Shown: piece after piece, positions 10,862-22,192 of the stretch | How positions within the stretch are numbered: position 1 is the stretch's first letter | Layout: every line of letters starts with the position of its first letter | Assembly (NCBI GenBank): GCA_963829525.1 | Contig: CAWHIJ010000003.1 | Coordinates: 128,001 to 192,000, forward strand | Source: an uncultured Actinomycetota bacterium | GTDB lineage: Bacteria; Actinomycetota; Actinomycetes; JAHEKZ01 | Length of the DNA stretch: 64,000 nucleotides | Reading direction: 5' to 3' | Position numbers and translations under genes: made by a program | Notes under the pieces: model-generated | Seen by the model: the letters and a program-made list of their open reading frames with translations, nothing else | What the model was told of the DNA's origin: nothing | The model's database searches: none

Positions 10862-12145
10862 CTAAGGGCCGAGGCACTGGTCCAACAGCTCGTTGCTGCC
10901 CGACGTCGACGCCGCCTGCTCGGCGATGTCCCTCCGGTGGTGTGAACCGGTGAGCGCGATTTCCCCCACGGCCGCATATGCGGCCCTCCGAGCGGCGGCG
11001 AGGTCAGCCCCCGTCCCCACCACCGAGAGCACCCGCCCGCCAGCACTCACCACGCCTCCGTCGGCTGACCGCGTCCCCGCGTGCAGCACATAGGCGTCCG
11101 GCACGGCGTCAGCAGCCTCCAGGCCGTCGATGGAATCCCCGGTCCTGGGTGTGTCTGGGTAGTTCTCGGCGGCGACGACTACGGTGACAGCTGCGTCCGG
11201 TGTCCAGCGCAGATCGGGCACGTCGGCGAGGTGTCCCGTGGCGGCCGCCCTGAGCAGGCCCCCCAGCGGGGTCAGCAGCCGCGCAAGAACCACCTGCGTC
11301 TCGGGGTCGCCGAAGCGGGCGTTGAACTCGACAGTGCGCAGCCCGCGGGACGTCAGGGCCAACCCGGCGTAGAGCAGACCGGCGAAGGGCGTTCCGCGCC
11401 GACGCATCTCATCGACCGTCGGCTGCACCACGGTTCGCACGATGTCGTCCACCAGAGTCGCCGGCGCCCACGGAAGCGGTGAGTAGGCGCCCATCCCCCC
11501 GGTGTTGGGTCCGGTGTCACCGTCGCCCACCCGCTTGAAATCTTGTGCCGGAACAAGCGGAATGACGGTGGTGCCGTCGGTGATGCAGAAGAGACTGACC
11601 TCGGGGCCGTCGAGGTATTGCTCGATGACGACCCGGCCACAGGACGCCGCGTGTGCAAGCGCCGCGTCGCGGTCGTCGGTGACCACCACGCCCTTGCCGG
11701 CGGCCAACCCGTCGTCCTTGACGACGTACGGCGGGCCGAACGCGTCGAGCGCTGCTGCTGCTTCATCCGGTGTCTCGCAGATGTGCGCCATGGCTGTTGG
11801 CACGTCGGCGGCAGCCATGATCTCTTTGGCGAACGCCTTCGAGCCCTCGAGCTCAGCAGCCGCGGCGGACGGGCCGAAACATGCGATCCCCTGAGCGCGC
11901 ACGGCATCGGCGGCACCAGCGACGAGCGGAACCTCAGGCCCGATCACCACGAGGTCAACTGCCTCGGATACCGCCAACGCCGCGATGGCGTCGGGGTCGC
12001 CGGCATCGACAGCGACATTGGTGGCCAGGGCTGAAGTTCCCGCGTTGCCAGGTGCACAGACGAGCCGTCCGACGTCCGGGTCGATGCTGAGCGCCCGGCA
12101 GAGGGCGTGCTCACGCGCACCGGATCCAATGACGAGGACATCCAC
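10862..12145 (-). CDS. purD: Phosphoribosylamine-glycine ligase
   Basis: [57 protein letters not shown]. Confidence 0.96.
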   Translation of the reverse strand: MDVLVIGSGAREHALCRALSIDPDVGRLVCAPGNAGTSALATNVAVDAGDPDAIAALAVSEAVDLVVIGPEVPLVAGAADAVRAQGIACFGPSAAAAELEGSKAFAKEIMAAADVPTAMAHICETPDEAAAALDAFGPPYVVKDDGLAAGKGVVVTDDRDAALAHAASCGRVVIEQYLDGPEVSLFCITDGTTVIPLVPAQDFKRVGDGDTGPNTGGMGAYSPLPWAPATLVDDIVRTVVQPTVDEMRRRGTPFAGLLYAGLALTSRGLRTVEFNARFGDPETQVVLARLLTPLGGLLRAAATGHLADVPDLRWTPDAAVTVVVAAENYPDTPRTGDSIDGLEAADAVPDAYVLHAGTRSADGGVVSAGGRVLSVVGTGADLAAARRAAYAAVGEIALTGSHHRRDIAEQAASTSGSNELLDQCLGP

Positions 12146-12237
12146 GACGGCGACCCTACCCCACCGCCGAACAAGAGGGCATCTGCACGCTGTGAGCAGT
12201 GCAGGTGGCCTTGCCTGTCATGGACTCAGCGGTCCGC

Positions 12238-12690
12238 CTAGCGCCGGAGGTGTCTCCGCCCGAGGGGGCGTCGTCCGGAGCCTCGCTGGGGCTGCCGTCC
12301 GGCATGTCGCTATCGCCGGGGAAGTCACCGTCATCGTCGAAGTCGTGGCCGTCACCGTGCTCGCCGTCGAAGAGGGGCCCACCATGACCGCCATCCCCAA
12401 AGCCCGGTCCGTCGTGGTGGCCGTCCGCGATCGCGGCCCCGGACTCCGCCGAGCAGACCGATCGTCAGTGCGCCCGCCGCGATGCCGACCGGGATCAGCC
12501 ACCGTCGGCGGGACGCGGGTGGTGCGTCCGCCTCGGCCGACACATAGTCCGGCACAGGCGCCGCCGCCTCGCTGGTCACCGACGGCTCTGCCTCCGAGTT
12601 CGTCGGTGAGGTGGTCTTCGGGTCGTCCGAGGGAGTCCAGTAGGGCTTCTCGGTCGGATCTGGTGTCTGAGGTGTCTCGTAGTTCGTCAT
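12238..12690 (-). CDS. Single-pass membrane protein with Pro/Thr-rich N-terminus and His/Asp/Gly-rich C-terminus (indel near 12440; end uncertain)
   Basis: MTNYETPQTPDP...RRRWLIPVGIAAGALTIGLLGG, then in a shifted frame DGHHDGPGFGDGGHGGPLFDGEHGDGHDFDDDGD. Confidence 0.55.
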
Positions 12691-12734
12691 GATCCGACAG
12701 TGGACGACGAACCTGTACAAATACTGGGGGCTGA

Positions 12735-12750
12735 CTGTGACCGGCTGTGA
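12735..12750 (-). promoter_or_regulatory. TCACAG direct repeat, candidate OmpR/PhoP-family binding site
   Basis: Minus strand TCACAG-CCGG-TCACAG about 45 nt upstream of the ATG at 12690. Confidence 0.45.
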
Positions 12751-12751
12751 G

Positions 12752-14197
12752 ATATCGGACGGACGACGAAGCGTGACGGCCACCGCCGTCCCAGAGCTGC
12801 TGCTCGTCAATTGCACCTTGCCACCATGCGCGGCGACGACTGCTGCCACGATCGACAGACCCAGGCCACTACCCCCCGACGCCCTGGTGCGTGACACATC
12901 TGCGCGGGAGAAGCGGTCAAACGCGTGGGGTTGGAAGTCGGAGGGCATTCCGGGGCCTGATCGGTCACGGTGAGCAGGACGCTATCCGTCTGCTTCGCGA
13001 CCGAGACTTCTATCGGCGTCGGGGCAGGGGTGTGCTGCACTGCGTTCGCCAGAAGGTTGCTGACAACCTGCCGTAGCCGTCCCTCGTCACCGACGACGAT
13101 CGCGGGACCTTCGGGGAGGTCAACCGATATCGGATGTCCGTGCGCAGTCACGGAGAAGTCGTGGCAGATCTCCGCGACGAGGACACACACGTCGACATCG
13201 TCTTCAAGCAGTGGACGACCCTGGTCCAGCCGTGCCAGCAGCAAGAGGTCCTCGACGAGGGTTTGCATGCGATCTGCCTCTGCCTCGATGCGCCGCAACG
13301 CCACCTGACGATCGTCCTCGCTGACGTCCCCCCGGTACAGCCCGCATACCCTTGACAGGTGGGCGGGCGTGTTGCCGGTGCTGTATCAGACGAATGGCGA
13401 AGACGCTCGTCCAGCCGTTTTCAACGAGAGGTCGAGATGGTCGAGCATGTCGTTGAATGCCTCGGTCACATCCCCGATCTCGGTGCCGGGGCTTCCGCTG
13501 GCACCCGTTGCTCCAGCCGTTGCGATCCCCTGGTCAACGGCAGCGAGGCCACCTCGCGCGCGGTCCGCGCCAGGCGGTCGAGTGGCAGCAGCTCACGGCG
13601 AACGAGCCACCCGCCACCGAGACCGACCGCCAATGCAGCGGCGGCAAGCGTCAGCGCTTCGATCAGCAGCAGCCGGGTCAAGGTCTCGTTGACCGGCTGC
13701 AGAGGAAGGCCGACGGTTATCACGTGACCTGAGAGTCGATCGCCTGGACCGCTCGGTACGCCCCAGATCAGAAAGCTTGACGGTGCTCGGCTCACCGTCG
13801 GCCGTCTGCAGCGCCGCCGCATCGTCGAACGTGAGTCGGGTGTCACCGTCCGGTCCGCCCGAGTCCCCCTCGTGCTCTCCGCCATCTCGGTGACGCTCAC
13901 CCGGAGATGCGATGAGGACCGGCGATTTGAGCAGCTGGCCGGACGCGTCGCTCTCCACCACCACGGTGCCGTCGCGGAGACCGGACGGGTCGAAGGTCCT
14001 TGACGCGGCTAGCCCATTAGCGGTGCTGACCAGCTCGCGATCGATCTGCTGCATGTGAAAGGCTCTGAGGGCAACGGCATGGTAATCCACGCACCCACGA
14101 GGACGAGCACGACAAGGACCACCAGCCCGATCGTGATCCTCCGGCGCAGGGAGAAACGTCTGAGGGCCCCGGCTCGAGGCGCGGGCTGGGCCGCCAT
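12752..14197 (-). CDS. HAMP-containing sensor histidine kinase (heavily frameshifted; 3' end approximate)
   Basis: SLRRRITIGLVVL TM, LPLQPVNETL...PLDRLARTA HAMP, LVEDLLLLARLDQG, RLRQVVSNLLANA, FDRFSRAD..GGSGLGLSIV. Confidence 0.8.
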
Positions 14198-14944
14198 CAC
14201 GGGTTGTCCGACCTGGGAGATCTGATCACGTAGCCGACGCCGCGCACCGTGTGGATCAGCGGCTCGCGGTCCTGCGTCGATCTTCTTGCGCAGGTAGGCG
14301 ATGTACAGCTCGACGACGTTGGCCTGGCCGCCGAAGTCGTAGTTCCACACCCGGTCGAGGATCTGCTGCCTTGCGACAGCACCCGTCGCGGGCGTTGCGC
14401 ATGAGGAACCGCAGCAGCTCGAACTCGGTCTTGGTGAGGTCGATCCGGTCGCCCGTCGCGCGAGCACCTCGTGGCGTCCTCATCGAGGGTGAGGTCGGCG
14501 ACCGTGCAGGACGTGCGTCTCGGCTGCCGACGCGTGACGCCGGTACGGCGCAGGAGCGCGTGCAGCCGGGCGACCAGCTCCTCGAGGCGAGAACGGCTTG
14601 GTGACGTAGTCGTCGCCGCCGGGGGTGAGCCCGTGGACCCGGTCCTCGGTCGCGTCGCGGGCGGTCAGGAACAGCACCGGGACGTGTCGTAGCCGTCACG
14701 GCGCAGCCGGCTGGAGAACCTCGAAGCCGTCGAGGTCGGGGAGCATGACGTCGAGGACCATCGACGTCGCGGCTCGGAAGGCACGTACTGCGGTGAGCGC
14801 CGCGCGACGCCGGTGGCAGCAGTGCTGGACCTCCCAGCCCTCGTAGCGCAGCACCGTGCTGATCAGCTCGGTGATGTTCGGCTCGTCGTCGACGACGAGC
14901 ACCCGGACATCGGGCTGGCTCTCACCCAGGGGCACGCCGTCCAC
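14197..14944 (-). CDS. OmpR-family response regulator (PhoP/TcrX-like), frameshifted
   Basis: [97 protein letters not shown]. Confidence 0.88.
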
Positions 14945-15042
14945 CTCGGTGGTCCACCTCCGATCGCGTCGAACCGGCGTTGCGACGGCTCGGTCTCGAC
15001 GCTAGCCGCACAAGTCGTGATTCCCGAACGCGCCATCGACTC

Positions 15043-15060
15043 TCACAGCAAGTCCACAGG
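15043..15060 (+). promoter_or_regulatory. PhoP-box-like direct repeat upstream of the response regulator
   Basis: TCACAGC-AAGT-CCACAGG (11-bp period), matching the TCACAGC-N4-TCACAGC type site of mycobacterial PhoP. Confidence 0.55.
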
Positions 15061-15194
15061 TCGTGCGGGCTCTCGACCTATTCACTGCCACAGCCGGAGA
15101 CCTCGGATGACCGCCCACGTCGCAGTAACCCACAGCATGACCCCAGAGGTAGTTGCCCAGAGCGGGTGAATGCATCGCTCTGGGGAAACTGGGG

Positions 15195-16562
15195 TCAGCC
15201 CTGGTAATGGCTGGCGATGTCGCCGAAGGCGTCGTCGAGGATTGCGAGGCCCTCTTTGGCCTCTGTCTCCGACACCGTGCACGGCGGCACCACGTGCAAC
15301 CGGTTGTAGTTGGTGAACGGCATCAGGCCGCGGCTCTTGCACGCCCCAATGAGATCGACCATGGGTGCGTTCGCAGCACCGGCGGCGTTGTAGGGCACGA
15401 GCATCTCGCGGGTCTCGCGGTTCTTGACGAGGTCGAGCGCCCAGAAGACGCCGAGACCGCGCACTTCACCGATCACCGGGTGACGCTCGGCCAGCTCACG
15501 GAGGCCCGGTCCGAGTACGTTCTCACCGATCGCCTTGGCGTTCTCGACAATGCCTTCATCACGCATTGCGTTGATGGTGCCGACGATGGACGCCGCCGCG
15601 AGCGGGTGCCCCGAGTAGGTGAGCCCTCCGGGAAACACGCGGTCGTCGAACGTCGCAGCAATCTCGTCACTGATGATGACGCCACCCACTGGCACGTAGC
15701 CGGAGTTGACGCCCTTGGCAAAAGTGATGAGGTCGGGCTCGACACCGAAGTGCTCGAAGGCGAACCAGTCACCGGTGCGACCGAAGCCAGCCATGACCTC
15801 GTCAGCGATGTAGATGATCCCGTACTTGGTGCACAGCTCACGCACCCCGGCGAGGTAGTGCGCCGGGGGGATGAGGACGCCAGCGGTGCCGACGACGCTC
15901 TCGAGTGTCAAGGCAGCAATGGTCTGCGGGCCCTCGAACTGGATCACCGACTCGAGGTGCTGCAGCGCGCGGTCGGCCTCCTGCTCGTCGCTGTCGGCCC
16001 AAAAAGCCGAGCGGTACGGGTAGGGACCGAAGAAGTGCACGATTCCGGCGATCCCGGTCTCGTTCGGCCAACGGCGCGGGTCGCCGGTGAGCGTGACCGC
16101 AGTCGCGGTGTTGCCGTGGTAGCTGCGGTACGCCGCCAGCACCTTGTGACGCCCGGTGTGCAGCCGCGCCATGCGCACGGCGTTCTCGATGGCGTCGGCC
16201 CCACCATTGGTGAAGAAGATCTTGTTGTGGTTCGGCGGTGCAAGCTCGCTGATCAGGCGGGCTGCCTCGCCGCGCACATCGTTGGCATGCTGCGGTGCGA
16301 CGGTGCTCAGCTTGGCCGCCTGCTCCTGGATCGCCGCGACCACCTTGGGGTGTTGGTGCCCGATGTTGGTGTTGACCAGCTGCGACGAGAAGTCGAGGTA
16401 GCGCGTCCCGGCGTAGTCCCAAAAGTACGAGCCCTCAGCAGCGGCGATGGCCATCGGGTTGAGGGCGCCCTGGGCCGACCAAGAGTGGAAGACGTGCTTG
16501 CGGTCGAGGGCGACGACCTCTTCACCGCGGGCAGGGTCTGGCGTGGGGCTGGGGCTGGTCAT
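15195..16562 (-). CDS. Class III PLP aminotransferase (taurine/GABA/putrescine-type)
   Basis: YLDFSSQLVNTNIGH, FFTNGGADAIE, SYHG, IADEVMAGFGRTG, PDLITFAKG. Confidence 0.9.
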   Translation of the reverse strand: MTSPSPTPDPARGEEVVALDRKHVFHSWSAQGALNPMAIAAAEGSYFWDYAGTRYLDFSSQLVNTNIGHQHPKVVAAIQEQAAKLSTVAPQHANDVRGEAARLISELAPPNHNKIFFTNGGADAIENAVRMARLHTGRHKVLAAYRSYHGNTATAVTLTGDPRRWPNETGIAGIVHFFGPYPYRSAFWADSDEQEADRALQHLESVIQFEGPQTIAALTLESVVGTAGVLIPPAHYLAGVRELCTKYGIIYIADEVMAGFGRTGDWFAFEHFGVEPDLITFAKGVNSGYVPVGGVIISDEIAATFDDRVFPGGLTYSGHPLAAASIVGTINAMRDEGIVENAKAIGENVLGPGLRELAERHPVIGEVRGLGVFWALDLVKNRETREMLVPYNAAGAANAPMVDLIGACKSRGLMPFTNYNRLHVVPPCTVSETEAKEGLAILDDAFGDIASHYQG

Positions 16563-16719
16563 GGCGACTCCTCGGAAGGCTTGCGCGAACGGCTCCAGGG
16601 TAAGGCCTCGACAGGTGGACCGCGTCGGTCGCCCACCAGCGCCGAAAACCACCTGAAATTGATCTTGTGTCCGATCACACCAGAGAGTTGGCTGAATTCT
16701 CCCACGCCAAGGAGTCCCC

Positions 16720-17088
16720 ATGTCCGAGCAGGTCCATGCGCGTTCCTTTGACCAGGCCGATGAGGTGCGAACCTTCACCAACGGACACCTCGACATCATC
16801 CGGATCGACAATCGTGAGGTGGGGCGCACCGTCTTCGAACCAGGATGGCGCTGGTCGAACGACGTCAAGCCCATCGCGAAGACTGATCTCTGTCAGGTGC
16901 ACCACGTCGGCTACCTGCTGCAGGGTCGAATGGTCGTCCAGATGGCCGACGGCCAGGAGCTCGAGCTGCACGCCGGCACGGTCGCGGAGATCCAACCAGG
17001 GCACGACGCCTGGATCGTGGGCGATGAGACCTGCGTGATGGTCGACTGGGGCGGCGCATCCAACTACGCAAAGGCTCCCGGCGCCTGA
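16720..17088 (+). CDS. Cupin-domain protein
   Basis: FEPGWRWS..VKP, CQVHHVGY, PGHDAW. RBS AAGGAG. Confidence 0.8.
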   Translation: MSEQVHARSFDQADEVRTFTNGHLDIIRIDNREVGRTVFEPGWRWSNDVKPIAKTDLCQVHHVGYLLQGRMVVQMADGQELELHAGTVAEIQPGHDAWIVGDETCVMVDWGGASNYAKAPGA

Positions 17089-17104
17089 CCTGCCGTGCTT
17101 CGTG

Positions 17105-18193
17105 TCACGACGGGCTGCGCAGACGCAGTCGAAGCGACGTCCGCACCGCCGGCCAATCGTCGTCGGTGATCGAGAAGATCACCGTGTCCCGCACCGATCC
17201 GTCCAGGCGGCGCTGGTAACGCCGCAGCAGGCCCTCGCGCACCGCGCCAAGCCGCATGATGGCGTCCTGCGACCGGGTGTTGCGCACATCGGTCTTGAGT
17301 TGGACGCGACCGAACCCAAGATCGTCGAATGCATGCCCGAGGAGCAAGAGTTTGGTTTCTGGGTTCACAACCGATGCCCAGACCGATGGCGCATAGGCGG
17401 TGGAGCCGACCTCCAGCCGAGCGTCACGCTGCGACACCTCGAGATAGGACGACCACCCCACCACAGTCCCAGCATCAAGACCTTCAAGCGAACGACGGAG
17501 GCGCACCGTCCACGGGTGCATCGAGGAAATGGACGCGGCCACCAGCTCACGCATCTCTTCGGCATTGTGTGGACGTGGCACCGTCAGGTGCGTCCACACG
17601 CGAGCATCATCTAGCGCAGTGAACAGCCCGCTGGCGTCGTCGAGCGCCGTTGGTCGAACTTCGACGTGATCACCTGTGAGGACTGTGTCTGCTGCTGGCG
17701 GCCAGCTGGCCTGCCCGCGGACCGGGCCTACCGGTGGCGCGACGGCGCGTGACAACTGCACGTACTCGCCGCCATCCACTCCCTCGTCCCGCTTGGTGCC
17801 ATCGACGCTGAAACCGATGGACTCGTGAAACGCAACAGAGGCCGAGTTCACAACGGACGTGACGCACCTCATCTGTCGAACCCCGCGCTCGGCCACGTTG
17901 GCATCGAATCGGTCGTAAAGCTGGCGCCCCAGCTCTGCACGTCTGTGCTCGGGAGCAACGCCGATGAAGTGCGCGTAGGCGACGGTGGGGTCGTCCACAG
18001 ACACGAAGCCAATCAGGAAACCGGCGAGATTCCCGTCCGGCGTCTCGGCAACCAAGCTCGTGCCACTGAAGTTCTCCAGAAAGAGCGGCTGCAGGAGCCC
18101 CCGCATCTCGCGTCCATCCCACCACTCATCGAGGACGGCCAGGATCGGCGCATGGTCAGCCACAGTGGCAGCCCTGATCTTCCACGTCGACAT
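17105..18193 (-). CDS. Tandem GNAT acetyltransferase (GNAT plus RimJ/RimL-type GNAT)
   Basis: YAHFIGVAPEHRRAELG...NSASVAFHESIGF, then LEVGSTAYAPSVW...RVQLKTDVRNTRSQDAIMRLGA. Confidence 0.8.
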   Translation of the reverse strand: MSTWKIRAATVADHAPILAVLDEWWDGREMRGLLQPLFLENFSGTSLVAETPDGNLAGFLIGFVSVDDPTVAYAHFIGVAPEHRRAELGRQLYDRFDANVAERGVRQMRCVTSVVNSASVAFHESIGFSVDGTKRDEGVDGGEYVQLSRAVAPPVGPVRGQASWPPAADTVLTGDHVEVRPTALDDASGLFTALDDARVWTHLTVPRPHNAEEMRELVAASISSMHPWTVRLRRSLEGLDAGTVVGWSSYLEVSQRDARLEVGSTAYAPSVWASVVNPETKLLLLGHAFDDLGFGRVQLKTDVRNTRSQDAIMRLGAVREGLLRRYQRRLDGSVRDTVIFSITDDDWPAVRTSLRLRLRSPS

Positions 18194-18290
18194 GGCATCG
18201 TCACCCTAGACAAACAAATCCCGATGTGGTTGCAGCAAATGGTGCCCTGACAACGTCAACTGCAACAACATCGACCGCCTGGACCTGTGC

Positions 18291-19625
<1,335 letters not shown>

Positions 19626-19650
19626 CTAGCGGATCTGTACCGTGCTGCGC

Positions 19651-20625
19651 TCAGGCCGCGGCTGGCCCCAGGCTCGCCATCGCCCGGCCCAAGGCACGGC
19701 CAGACAGGTAAGCCGACTCAATTCGGGATGGTCCGTGCCAACCGTCTCCGCAGAGCCCGACGCGGCTCTCACCAAGGAAGTAGTGCTCGGTGTGAGGGTT
19801 GATCGGCTTGGCCAGGGACCACCGCTTGGCGGCGACCGACGACGGACTTGCCGTGATCCCCAGGACGCCCTCAACCTCGGCGAGCACCGGGGCGATGACA
19901 GCCTCTGGGTCGTCAAGGTGACGTGCTGACAGGACTGGATGTGTGTGGGCAACCAGTACAGGTGCATCGTCACCTCGACGCCGTCCATCGTCTGCGATGA
20001 AAGTAAGCGCTGGTGAATCGTTGACGAAGACACCGTCGATCTCGGGCCACGCACGGGAGTCGTAGGAGGCGATGACTGAGATGCACGGCTCCCACATGCC
20101 CCCGGACATGGCTCGCTCTGCCGACAGCGAGTCGGCGAGGACGTCGAGGGCCTGGGGCCCTGGCATCGCGAGAGCAATCCCGGCGTAATCGACGCCGTCG
20201 ACTGTCGGCCCGGGCTCGACCTCAGCTGCATCGGTGTGCTGCTCCAGGGCAAGCCCGCGGGCAAGGTCCTCAATCAGCGATCGAAGTCCCAGCGCCGTTG
20301 CGTAGCGCATCGGTCCGGTGCGGGTACCGATCAGGCCACCTGGATCGCCCACATGAAACGTGTCGGTCCACGGGTGGGCGAGCTCGATGTCGAGCCACTG
20401 ATCGACGACCTCCTGGAAGGCAGGAACCGAAACAGTGAAGTAGCCCGCCCCTACGTCCACTGGGCGATCGTTGATGGTCTTGACCGCCATCCGCCCACCA
20501 GGGCGGTACCCGCGGTCGCGGACGACGACAGGACGCCCCGCGTCTGCAAGCGCACGCGCGCAGGCAATGCCGGAAACCCCTCCTCCAACAACGAGGAACT
20601 CTTCATCCCCCAAACCGGCTTTCAC
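19651..20625 (-). CDS. NAD(P)/FAD-dependent oxidoreductase (renalase-like)
   Basis: VVGGGVSGIACA, GGRMA, DVGAGYFT, LCGDGW...IESAYLSG. GTG 20625 overlaps the cls stop. Confidence 0.85.
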   Translation of the reverse strand: MKAGLGDEEFLVVGGGVSGIACARALADAGRPVVVRDRGYRPGGRMAVKTINDRPVDVGAGYFTVSVPAFQEVVDQWLDIELAHPWTDTFHVGDPGGLIGTRTGPMRYATALGLRSLIEDLARGLALEQHTDAAEVEPGPTVDGVDYAGIALAMPGPQALDVLADSLSAERAMSGGMWEPCISVIASYDSRAWPEIDGVFVNDSPALTFIADDGRRRGDDAPVLVAHTHPVLSARHLDDPEAVIAPVLAEVEGVLGITASPSSVAAKRWSLAKPINPHTEHYFLGESRVGLCGDGWHGPSRIESAYLSGRALGRAMASLGPAAA

Positions 20626-21782
20626 AACCACCGCCTCACTGGCTGCACCACCTGCTCCATTGCCTTTTGCGTAGCTGAGCGACTCCGCCACCGCTCCAGG
20701 TCAATCGGCTTGCTGCGCTCAAGGTCGTCGTCGAAGTGAGCATCCAAGGTCGCAGTAACATCTGCGTCGACGATCGCTAGGGCGATCTCCTCGTCGTGGT
20801 TCATGCTGCGCCGGTTGAAGTTCGACGAACCGATAACGCTCAACGTGTTGTCGACCGTCATGATCTTCGCGTGCAACATTGACGGCTGGAAGTTCCACAC
20901 CTCGACGCCACCGTCGACGAGCTCGGCGTATACCGACTCCGAGGCCAACTGACAGACTCGCTTGTCAGCACCTGGGCCCGGCAGCAAGATCTGCACCTGT
21001 ACCCCTTCGCGCACCTTGGCGAGCAGCTGGTCGACGAAGTCGTTGCTCGGTGCGAAGTACGCGGTCGCGAGTCGAAGGCGATGAGTCGCCGACGCGATCA
21101 CGACATGGAACAGCGTCTGCATGTCGTCCCACCCGATGGACGCCGACCCGCGGACCACTTGAATCGTGGCAGTGCCCGACCGCTCGTGCTCCGGGAACTG
21201 GTCATGTGCGTCGAACATGGGCTCACCGGTCTCTGCCCAGTTCTGGGAGAAACCGGCAGCGATGCCGTCGACGGCTGGACCCTCAACCCGGATGTGTGTG
21301 TCCCGCCATTCGTGGGCGTTTCGGGCATTGCCCGTCCACTCCTCGGCGATACCTACACCGCCGGTGAATGCGATGGTTTCATCGAGGACCAGTACCTTCC
21401 GGTGACACCGGTGGTTCTGCTTGAACGGCGACTTCACCCACGGTTTGCGGAACCACTGAACCTGCACGCCAGCGCGTTCCATGCGGTCGACGAGGCCGTC
21501 CTCCATCTTGAAGCCACCGACAGCATCAATGAGGACCCGCACCCTGACACCGGCCTTGGCCCGTTCCGACAGATGATCAGCGAACTGTCGCGCGATGTCG
21601 CCGGTCCAATAGACGTAGGTCATCAAGTCAACACTTCGTTGAGCGTTCGCGATCGCACCCAGCATCGCCGGGAAGATCTCGTCACCGTTGCGGTACACCG
21701 CGACCTCATTGCCCTCCGTGGCCGGAGTGCCCAGCAATGCCTCCAGCCGTCTCCGGACAGAACGAGCCTCTTCCGTGCTCAT
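20622..21782 (-). CDS. cls: Cardiolipin synthase / phospholipase D family
   Basis: Two HKD motifs: HRKVLVLD and LHAKIMTVD...GSSNFN. Confidence 0.88.
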   Translation of the reverse strand: MSTEEARSVRRRLEALLGTPATEGNEVAVYRNGDEIFPAMLGAIANAQRSVDLMTYVYWTGDIARQFADHLSERAKAGVRVRVLIDAVGGFKMEDGLVDRMERAGVQVQWFRKPWVKSPFKQNHRCHRKVLVLDETIAFTGGVGIAEEWTGNARNAHEWRDTHIRVEGPAVDGIAAGFSQNWAETGEPMFDAHDQFPEHERSGTATIQVVRGSASIGWDDMQTLFHVVIASATHRLRLATAYFAPSNDFVDQLLAKVREGVQVQILLPGPGADKRVCQLASESVYAELVDGGVEVWNFQPSMLHAKIMTVDNTLSVIGSSNFNRRSMNHDEEIALAIVDADVTATLDAHFDDDLERSKPIDLERWRSRSATQKAMEQVVQPVRRWL

Positions 21783-22192
21783 TCGGCTGCAAGGGCCGCA
21801 GCCGCAGCGGGGCTCGAGTCGACCAAGAACTGCTGGCAGCGCTCGGCCTCAGGCGTTTCGCCGATCGCGGCGGCCGCCGCACCAAGTGCGTAGAGGCTTC
21901 GAAGGAAGCCGCGATTGGGCTCATGCTCCCAGGGCACGGGGCCGTGACCCTTCCAGCCGTTGCGACGCAGCTGGTCGAGGCTGCGGTGGTAGCCGGTGCG
22001 GGCGTAGGCATAGCCGGCTACCGGGTCGTCGCCAGCCAGAGCCTCCTCGGCCAACATCGCCCATGCCAGCGGAAAGTCGGGATGTGTCGCAGCCACCGCT
22101 CGCGGCGACGTACCGGCATCCAGAGCAGCAAGGGCGGTCGGGTTCTCGGGCAACAGGGTGGCCGGCGGCTCGCCGAGCAGGTTCTGGGTCAC
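21779..22192 (-). CDS. DUF3151 family protein
   Basis: YAYARTGYHRSLDQLRRNGWKGHGPVPWEHEPNRGFLR. Confidence 0.85.
   Translation of the reverse strand: MTQNLLGEPPATLLPENPTALAALDAGTSPRAVAATHPDFPLAWAMLAEEALAGDDPVAGYAYARTGYHRSLDQLRRNGWKGHGPVPWEHEPNRGFLRSLYALGAAAAAIGETPEAERCQQFLVDSSPAAAAALAAE

Noticed and set aside
12352-12948. ORF fusing the kinase C-terminus to the downstream membrane protein
   Set aside because: It reads through the TCACAG-containing intergenic region, most likely because of indels
15153-16751. Long antisense ORFs (also 205..1371, 54123..55274, 57684..59054 and others)
   Set aside because: Shadow frames of well-supported genes, expected from high-GC codon bias
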